From positions 1 through 11,684 of IMG/VR virus record IMGVR_UViG_3300045988_067725: a DNA stretch of 11,684 nt, one strand, 5' to 3'. The notes beneath the pieces are model-generated. The model was not told the origin of the DNA and did no database searches. It was given only the letters and a program-made list of their open reading frames with translations. This document shows, piece after piece, positions 6,209 through 11,684 of this stretch (the stretch's first letter is position 1; every line of letters begins with the position of its first letter). Source of the DNA: a virus. The translations under genes were made by a program, and so were the position numbers.

Positions 6209-7420
6209 ATGGCAAAAACCAAACAAATACTGTACAATGATTTGCAGCGACTTGTAAAAGACAAAGACACAGCCGTTGCAAACTTTGTTGCGACCTGTTA
6301 CAACAGGTTGCAAGCTATGTTTGTTTATACAGGGGTTGCCGACCTCCACGCCCTCAATATACAGGCGTTGGAATTTGCGTTGCAGTCAAAAGGGCATTGC
6401 ATCGTTGCCGAGGTAAACGGGGAGTTGTACGCACTGACAGGCGAACCAACGGGCGAACTGAACGCCTATTATGAGCCAACGCAGTACATTGTTGCAAACC
6501 CGTGGTTGAAGTTGAACAAAACCTATACTATTGGCAAAGATTGCGTTTTGTTTCGCAATGATTATTTAATGCAGGGGTTACAGCCTGTTATTGGACGGTA
6601 TGCGGTTGAATTGACCGACACCGAAATATCATTGAACACGGCAGCGGTTTTAAGCCGTATAACAATGCTGATAAGCGCAGCAGATGACAAGACCAAAGCG
6701 AGCGCAGACCTGTTTTTAACAAAGATATTAAACGGTGACTTTTCGGTTATCGGTGAAAATGCGTTTTTTGACGGTGTGAAGTTGCAGACGTTGTCGACCT
6801 CACACACCAACTATATAACGCAACTGATTGAATTAACGCAGTATTATAAGGCGTCTATGTGGCACGAAATGGGTTTACAGGCAAATTATAATATGAAGCG
6901 TGAACGACTTACACAGGGTGAAACAGAGGCGAATGTTGACAGCCTGTTACCGTTGGCGGACGCAATGTTAACAGAACGCAAACGGGCGGTTGAACGTATG
7001 AACGAAATGTTTAACACAACCGTTACCGTTGAGTTTGGCAGCAGTTGGCGCACACTACACGAAGAGGAAGAGCGCAACAACGAAATTGTCAACACCCAAA
7101 GCGACACCCACGAGTTGCCCGACAATGGCACGGACGGGGGCGGCAACGAACCGACAGACGGCAACCCCGACAACGGGGGTGACGGCACGGGGCGCAATGA
7201 TGGAACGTATAACGCAGGGGGTGACACTGACACCGACCGACAAGGCGCACCCACGGACGGGGGCGAATTGGAAACGGGCGAACAGGGGCAACCCAACGTG
7301 GACGAGCCAGAGCCTACCACGGAACGTGACACCGAGGGCAACCCGAAAGACAACGAACAGGGAGAGGACGCAGACAGCGACACCGAACCCGACAACAATA
7401 AAAAGGACAAACAGCAATGA
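6209..7420 (+). CDS. Portal / head-tail connector protein (phi29 gp10-like) with an acidic disordered C-terminal extension (403 aa)
   Basis: Position is directly after the packaging ATPase. The segment YYKASMWHEMGLQANYNMKRERLTQGETE resembles my recollection of phi29 gp10 ([29 protein letters not shown]). The last ~110 aa are low-complexity and rich in D, G, T, N, E and P. Confidence 0.8.
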   Translation: MAKTKQILYNDLQRLVKDKDTAVANFVATCYNRLQAMFVYTGVADLHALNIQALEFALQSKGHCIVAEVNGELYALTGEPTGELNAYYEPTQYIVANPWLKLNKTYTIGKDCVLFRNDYLMQGLQPVIGRYAVELTDTEISLNTAAVLSRITMLISAADDKTKASADLFLTKILNGDFSVIGENAFFDGVKLQTLSTSHTNYITQLIELTQYYKASMWHEMGLQANYNMKRERLTQGETEANVDSLLPLADAMLTERKRAVERMNEMFNTTVTVEFGSSWRTLHEEEERNNEIVNTQSDTHELPDNGTDGGGNEPTDGNPDNGGDGTGRNDGTYNAGGDTDTDRQGAPTDGGELETGEQGQPNVDEPEPTTERDTEGNPKDNEQGEDADSDTEPDNNKKDKQQ

Positions 7421-7980
7421 CACGTTACAGCGACATATTTACACCTACCAACGGGGTATTTGCTATAATGGCAACAGGCGTGTTTGAAGCGTTGTTTGGA
7501 AACACCCACACGCCCGAAGATTTGGACGCATACGCATACACGAAGTTTGCAGGGCGTACCCTGTTGCCGTGCATAACAGCAGAAAACGCAGCAGAGATTT
7601 TAACACCGTTGTTTTTGGCGAAGTTTGACAAATGGCAGACCGTTAAAAACGCACTTGCAACACCTGTTGAAGTTGGCAGCGTTAAGACCGTGGAAAAGAC
7701 CGAGGGAAACGAAGACCACACGGACACCGAGGACACCACGGACACCGACAGCGAAAAGGCGTACAACAGTGCTGATTTTGTTGAAAGCGGTAAAACAGCA
7801 CGCACGCAGGAACAGGCACGCAAAAGACAGTACGACCAAACGAAGACCACAACCCGACAGGTTGAAGACGTGCAACGGGCAATTAACGAAGCCGTGGACG
7901 CAGCCAACAAATACAACTTTGTTGACATCGTGCTAAAAGAAATTATTAACAACATAACATTATCCGTTTATGAAGATTGA
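7417..7980 (+). CDS. Probable scaffolding protein (187 aa)
   Basis: Lies between the portal and capsid genes. ATGA start/stop overlap with the portal (7417..7420) and an 11-nt overlap with the capsid gene suggest translational coupling. The middle is acidic (EKTEGNEDHTDTEDTTDTDSE) and the C-terminus looks helical. Function is assigned by position and composition only. Confidence 0.75.
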   Translation: MTRYSDIFTPTNGVFAIMATGVFEALFGNTHTPEDLDAYAYTKFAGRTLLPCITAENAAEILTPLFLAKFDKWQTVKNALATPVEVGSVKTVEKTEGNEDHTDTEDTTDTDSEKAYNSADFVESGKTARTQEQARKRQYDQTKTTTRQVEDVQRAINEAVDAANKYNFVDIVLKEIINNITLSVYED

Positions 7981-9157
7981 ACAGATTGCAACGCTGATGA
8001 ACAGCGTAACGGGTGAAGTGTTGGGAAAAACCAACATTGTAACCGAAGACCTCAGCAACGTTGTTGAGGTAGGTACAGAGATTTTCAACGCAAATGCGGT
8101 TGACGCTTACGTTAAAGCGTTGGTAAACCACATCGGCAAAGTAGTGTTTGTAAATCGTCCCTATGTTGGCAAAGTGCCGTCTGTACTTATGGACAGTTGG
8201 GAGTTTGGCAGCGTGTTGGAAAAGATTAGCGCAGACACGCCACAGGCAACCGAAAACGACACTTGGGATTTGCAGGACGGGCAGACCTATGCGCAGGACG
8301 TGTTTTACAAACCGACCGTTTCGGCAAAGTTTTTCAACAGCCGTGTAACATTTGAAGTGCCCGTATCAATTACCGAAAGACAGGTACGACAGAGTTTCAG
8401 CAGCGCAGAGCAACTCAACGGGTTTATATCTATGATATACGGGGCGGTTGAGAAGTCTATGACTATCAAGACGGACGCACTTATTATGCGTACTATCAAC
8501 GCAATGACCGCACAAACATTTGTTGCGGACGCAGCAGCGTTTGGCGCAGAAACACCCAACTACAACAGCACAAGCACAACCCGTTGTGTGAACCTGTTGA
8601 AGTTGTACAACGACAAGTTTAAGCCTACAAAGGCACTGACAGCATCGGACGCAATAACCAACCCCGAATTTGTACGCTTTGCATCGTACATTATGGGTAT
8701 GTATGCAGACCGTTTCGGCAGCATTTCAACCCTGTTTAACATCGGGGGCAAAGACCGTTTCACGCCGTCGGACGTGTTGCACTTTGTCGTATTGAGCGAC
8801 TTTGCACAGGCAGCCAAAACGTACCTGTACAGCGACACCAAACACAACGAGTTTGTGCAGTTGCCGAAACACGAAACAGTACCGTATTGGCAGGGCAGCG
8901 GTACAAATTACGCATTTGCCGACACCTCCAAAATTGACGTTAAAGTTGGCGGTAAATCCGAGGGCGTAAATGTATCTGTTGGCGGTGTGTTGGGCGTTAT
9001 GTTTGACCGTGACGCATTGGGCGTTGCTTGCTTGGATAAGCGAGTAACAAGCACCTACAACGCAAAAGCAGAGTTTTTCAACAATTACTATAAGTTTGAC
9101 GCAGGGTATTTCAATGATACCAACGAAAACTTTGTTGTTTTCTATGTTGGAGAGTAA
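7970..9157 (+). CDS. Major capsid protein, phi29 gp8-like (HK97 fold expected), 395 aa
   Basis: Several segments parallel remembered gp8 blocks: LSNVVEVGTEIF...ALVNHIGKVVFVNRPY (gp8: ANNVAEVGAGI...LVDRIGLVV), LNGFISMIYGAVEKS, and FFNNYYKF near the C-terminus. The gene is followed by a strong terminator. There is no C-terminal Ig-like domain. Confidence 0.85.
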   Translation: MKIEQIATLMNSVTGEVLGKTNIVTEDLSNVVEVGTEIFNANAVDAYVKALVNHIGKVVFVNRPYVGKVPSVLMDSWEFGSVLEKISADTPQATENDTWDLQDGQTYAQDVFYKPTVSAKFFNSRVTFEVPVSITERQVRQSFSSAEQLNGFISMIYGAVEKSMTIKTDALIMRTINAMTAQTFVADAAAFGAETPNYNSTSTTRCVNLLKLYNDKFKPTKALTASDAITNPEFVRFASYIMGMYADRFGSISTLFNIGGKDRFTPSDVLHFVVLSDFAQAAKTYLYSDTKHNEFVQLPKHETVPYWQGSGTNYAFADTSKIDVKVGGKSEGVNVSVGGVLGVMFDRDALGVACLDKRVTSTYNAKAEFFNNYYKFDAGYFNDTNENFVVFYVGE

Positions 9158-9177
9158 CTTTTGAGGGTTTAACGTTA

Positions 9178-9217
9178 CAGGGCGCACACGCAACAACAGG
9201 CGTTGCGCCCTGTTTTC
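9178..9217 (+). terminator. Rho-independent terminator after the capsid gene
   Basis: cagggcgcaCacgc (9178..9191) pairs with gcgttgcgccctg (9200..9212), giving a 13-bp stem with a single-C bulge. The loop is aacaacag, and TTTTC follows. Confidence 0.8.
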
Positions 9218-9230
9218 ATATATTGACAAT

Positions 9231-9665
9231 ATGGTAACACTCAAATTATACGAATATACAGGCGCACCCAACGTTATAAATAAGCAGTTGGGCGAACCGT
9301 CTGCAACGTTGCAGGGGGTTTTGTACGACCGTACAAACGTACTGCAACCCGTGGTTAAATTGGAGCGCATCACACCCACATTTAATTACGTCTATATTGA
9401 GCCGTTGAGCCGTTTTTATTTCGTTTCTAACGTTACAATAGTGGACGCAAATTTTATGTTGGTAACGTTGCAAGAAGACACGTTAAAGACATACGAAACG
9501 ACTATATTAAACGCAACAGCCACGGCAACCAAAACGGCAACCCCGAATTATGACAGCAACAACACACCCGTTTTTGACGTGCGAAAGCAGTTGCAGCAGT
9601 TGGAGTTTGGGGGCGGTTTTGACGAAACAGGCAGCGTTATTATGGTAACAATTAAAGGTGATTAA
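9231..9665 (+). CDS. Tail protein (144 aa); resembles the N-terminal domain of phi29 gp9-type tail-knob proteins
   Basis: NYVYIEPLSRFYFVSNVTIVDANFMLVTLQEDTLKTY resembles the remembered gp9 N-terminal block SYIMFQN...[30 protein letters not shown]. It is the first gene after the capsid terminator. Confidence 0.75.
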   Translation: MVTLKLYEYTGAPNVINKQLGEPSATLQGVLYDRTNVLQPVVKLERITPTFNYVYIEPLSRFYFVSNVTIVDANFMLVTLQEDTLKTYETTILNATATATKTATPNYDSNNTPVFDVRKQLQQLEFGGGFDETGSVIMVTIKGD

Positions 9666-9670
9666 AGACT

Positions 9671-11278
9671 ATGGCAAGGACATACACAATAACGTTGAAC
9701 GGCACAAATTGCACTGCAAAACAGTTGGTTTCACCTGTTGAAGCAGGTGCAAGCAGCACCGTTATAATACAGGCGTTTTCGGGGTATTGGTTCGTTGATC
9801 CGTGGCAGGTTTCATATTTTGACTATGATAACGGGTATTACACCCGTAAAACCTGTATTTTGAACGAAGACAAAACCGAAGCGACATTTGAATTTACAGG
9901 CATAGGCAGCAACATTGTTATTGACGCAACAGCGGTTGAAGCACCCAAACCGACCGACTACAAAATTATAACAGCGTTGACCGAGTGCCAAGTTACACCG
10001 TTAGACGGGTTTAACGCAGGTGATACCGTGCAATTAGAAGTTACTGCAAACCGTTGGTTTTACTTTGGCACTGATACCCCGTTTGTACGTTATACCAACA
10101 CCGAGGGAAACGAAGTAACGCACCCGTTTGAACTGACAACGAACCAATACGGCACGTTGAAAATAACGGACGCAAACAGCGACATAACAGTTACAGGCGT
10201 AGCCACAAAGACCCCAAACGCTATATTTATAGCAACAGACGGTTTACACAACGCAACGTGTGATTTACCGCAATTTTTGAATTTTGGCACAGAGTACACA
10301 GCAAACGTAAAAGTTGAAAAAGGGTATAAATTTGACCCTAACGCAATTTGCGGTATATCGTGGCAAACAAATTTCGGTGAATTTACTGCAAAGTATTTCA
10401 CCAAAGCAGAAGACGGCAAAAGTGCAACACTGACGTTTACCACACCAGAACAGGACAAAATTGAAGAATACATAATGAGCGTGTACGGCACGCCCGTACC
10501 TGTTGTTGAGTATGACGGTATATATGGAAGTATAAACGTTTACGTTGTAGATGATACGCAATTAAATGAATTTGCAAAACAACGTTATGTTGTAAGCACT
10601 GACCCACAAACAGGCGTTTCAGATTATGACGATATGGGCGAATTTGTTTTGCGCTTACATCGTGTTTACGTTGGCGTTGGTACTTTGACCGACACAGTAA
10701 TTAAAGCAGGTAGATACAACACAGGTATTGCCACAAAAGCACCTTTGCAAGACGTGGCACAGGTTGAGTTTGACAGCGTGAGAGTACCGACACCCAACAA
10801 CGACATAACAGACTACAACGCAGACGTAGAACTATATTTGCCGTTTGTTGGTACAATACAATTAGACGCAAATACAGTTGTGGGGCGTGACGTTTCAATT
10901 ACATACGTTGTAAACATCGTTACAGGTCAAGCAGCAGCGTTTGTTTACGTGGACGGTGCAACAATATACAACGGCAAATGTAAAGCGGTTTCACCTATGT
11001 TATATCGTACATATAGCGACAAATTTGGCGAACTGACAAACGACACAACCACGTTGCAGGGTTTAACGCCTTACATACTGATACGTTACAATGAGAGCAG
11101 ACAGGCACAACCGTACAACGCAAACAAGCGTGACCGCATCGGCAATTTTACGGGGCGCAACACGTTTGTTGATATTGACAACCTACAAACAGACGGTATG
11201 TATTTAGCAGAATACAGCGACATATTAAACCGACTGCAACAGGGCGTTGTAATTGAGCCAACAGGCACGAACCCGTAA
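9671..11278 (+). CDS. Tail / receptor-binding protein (535 aa): three tandem ~90-aa beta-sandwich-like repeats plus a gp9-like C-terminal domain
   Basis: Repeats at residues ~4-93, ~96-182 and ~184-277 each start Y/F-x-I with one early Cys. They end ...IVIDATAVEAPKP, ...ITVTGVATKTP and ...IMSVYGTPVP. The C-terminus RIGNFTGRNTFVDIDNLQTDGMYLAEYSDILNRLQQGVVIE resembles the remembered phi29 gp9 C-terminus ([39 protein letters not shown]). The last 102 codons lie inside ITR-R. Confidence 0.85.
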   Translation: MARTYTITLNGTNCTAKQLVSPVEAGASSTVIIQAFSGYWFVDPWQVSYFDYDNGYYTRKTCILNEDKTEATFEFTGIGSNIVIDATAVEAPKPTDYKIITALTECQVTPLDGFNAGDTVQLEVTANRWFYFGTDTPFVRYTNTEGNEVTHPFELTTNQYGTLKITDANSDITVTGVATKTPNAIFIATDGLHNATCDLPQFLNFGTEYTANVKVEKGYKFDPNAICGISWQTNFGEFTAKYFTKAEDGKSATLTFTTPEQDKIEEYIMSVYGTPVPVVEYDGIYGSINVYVVDDTQLNEFAKQRYVVSTDPQTGVSDYDDMGEFVLRLHRVYVGVGTLTDTVIKAGRYNTGIATKAPLQDVAQVEFDSVRVPTPNNDITDYNADVELYLPFVGTIQLDANTVVGRDVSITYVVNIVTGQAAAFVYVDGATIYNGKCKAVSPMLYRTYSDKFGELTNDTTTLQGLTPYILIRYNESRQAQPYNANKRDRIGNFTGRNTFVDIDNLQTDGMYLAEYSDILNRLQQGVVIEPTGTNP

Positions 11279-11305
11279 CAATGTACACCAACAGCAAAAC
11301 AACGC

Positions 11306-11356
11306 AACAGGGCGCACGTATTGAAGCCACACAGCACACATACGGCACGCCCTGTT
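11306..11356 (+). terminator. Candidate terminator hairpin downstream of the tail gene (mirrored at 329..379)
   Basis: aacagggcg (11306..11314) pairs with cgccctgtt (11348..11356). An inner cgtat/atacg extension is possible. The stem shares CAGGGCGCAC with the capsid terminator. No U-tract follows, so confidence is moderate. Confidence 0.4.
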
Positions 11357-11597
11357 ACCTGTTGGCAACGTATGAAACCTGTACAAATTAACAACACGGG
11401 CAAACGTTGAGCCAACAGGCACGGCAAAGCATCACACACGCAACCGTTGGCACGTTACGGCACGACACGGCACGGCACGAAACATATTTGTTACAATTTA
11501 CAAATGTAAACTGAACGGTTTACAAAACTAAACAACCTGTTTACATTTGTGAATTTTTTTGCAACACGTTAATAATTGTTAAATAATGTTAATACTA

Positions 11598-11642
11598 ATG
11601 TTTCACGTGAAACATCGTGGGCGGTGTGTTCCACGTGGAACA
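11598..11642. promoter_or_regulatory. Mirror copy of the two terminal palindromes in ITR-R
   Basis: atgtttcacgtgaaacat at 11598..11615 and tgttccacgtggaaca at 11627..11642. Confidence 0.6.
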
Positions 11643-11684
11643 ATCACGGCACGGGGAAAGGGGCGACAGGTGAGCGAGGTGCAT

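Larger units (their letters stand above)
10971..11684. repeat. Right inverted terminal repeat (ITR-R), 714 bp; overlaps the last 308 nt of the tail CDS
   Basis: Reverse complement of 1..714. It starts inside CDS 9671..11278 at about codon 434, and contains the stop codon at 11276..11278 plus 406 nt of noncoding DNA. Confidence 0.93.

Noticed and set aside
6886-7509. Long overlapping ORFs (207 aa minus, 152 aa plus, 122 aa minus) across the portal 3' region
   Set aside because: They lie entirely within the low-complexity, G/C/A-rich DNA encoding the portal acidic tail, where stop codons are rare in all frames. The translations are Ser/Pro/Val or Thr/Arg/Pro repeats without motifs.
7425-9379. 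Minus-strand ORFs of 176 aa (7425..7955) and 217 aa (8726..9379) antisense to the scaffold, capsid and tail genes
   Set aside because: The + strand frames carry recognisable capsid-like blocks and consistent gene packing (ATGA overlaps, terminators). The antisense translations are Cys/Val/Leu-rich and span a + strand terminator.
9640-9680. Possible programmed frameshift or read-through joining the 144-aa and 535-aa tail ORFs
   Set aside because: The ORFs are in different frames. I see no canonical slippery heptamer or downstream pseudoknot near ...attaaaggtgattaaagactatgg.... A clean ATG starts the second ORF 5 nt after the stop. A sequencing indel cannot be excluded without reads.
1-11684. 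Identity with Mycoplasma phage P1, which has a similar ~11.7-kb size, ITRs and about 11 genes
   Set aside because: The base composition here is moderate, not the very low GC of mycoplasma phages. All ORFs are intact under the standard code, with no need to read TGA as Trp. The start contexts and promoter-like motifs point elsewhere.
1-11684. CACGTG hexamer seems frequent (for example 841..846, about 1265, about 2328, about 2956, about 3904, about 5215) and might be a restriction or methylation target pattern
   Set aside because: Most copies are inside coding regions and can be explained by the frequent ACG/CGT/GTG codons of this genome. Only the extended GTTYCACG form shows positional clustering, and that is reported separately.
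1-11684. Scan for tRNA genes, CRISPR arrays, integrase or attachment sites, transposase/IS ends and defence or anti-defence cassettes
   Set aside because: I saw no cloverleaf-like segments in the short intergenic regions and no spaced identical repeats of CRISPR type. No ORF has recombinase, transposase or nuclease motifs that I can recognise. All sizeable ORFs are accounted for by replication and morphogenesis functions.

Overview
The window reads as a complete linear genome of about 11.7 kb from a very small protein-primed, phi29-like tailed phage (or a linear phage-plasmid). Perfect 714-bp inverted terminal repeats (1..714 and 10971..11684) bracket 11 genes, all on the + strand. In order they are: three small early genes; a 205-aa candidate terminal protein; a 735-aa family-B protein-primed DNA polymerase with all exonuclease and polymerase motifs visible; a phi29 gp16-type packaging ATPase; a portal/connector with a long acidic disordered tail; a probable scaffold; a phi29 gp8-like major capsid protein; and two tail genes.

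Strong intrinsic terminators follow the 133-aa early gene and the capsid gene. I saw no tRNA, CRISPR array, integrase, recognisable lysis gene or defence gene.

The most interesting points:
- The ITR is unusually long and runs 308 nt into the 3' end of the tail gene. A 93-aa C-terminal fragment with its own ATG is therefore duplicated at the left end, reading outward.
- The inner ITR boundary sits on an 8-bp microhomology at the start of a ~65-bp direct repeat. This looks like the scar of a right-to-left ITR expansion.
- GTTYCACG half-sites form two perfect palindromes near each terminus and recur three times in the ATPase/portal intergenic region.
- No gene has a Shine-Dalgarno sequence, and TAnnTTTG motifs are present, which points to a Bacteroidota host.
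- The tail module is minimal and apparently split.

All homology statements come from motif recognition and my recollection of phi29 protein sequences. They need profile searches to confirm.
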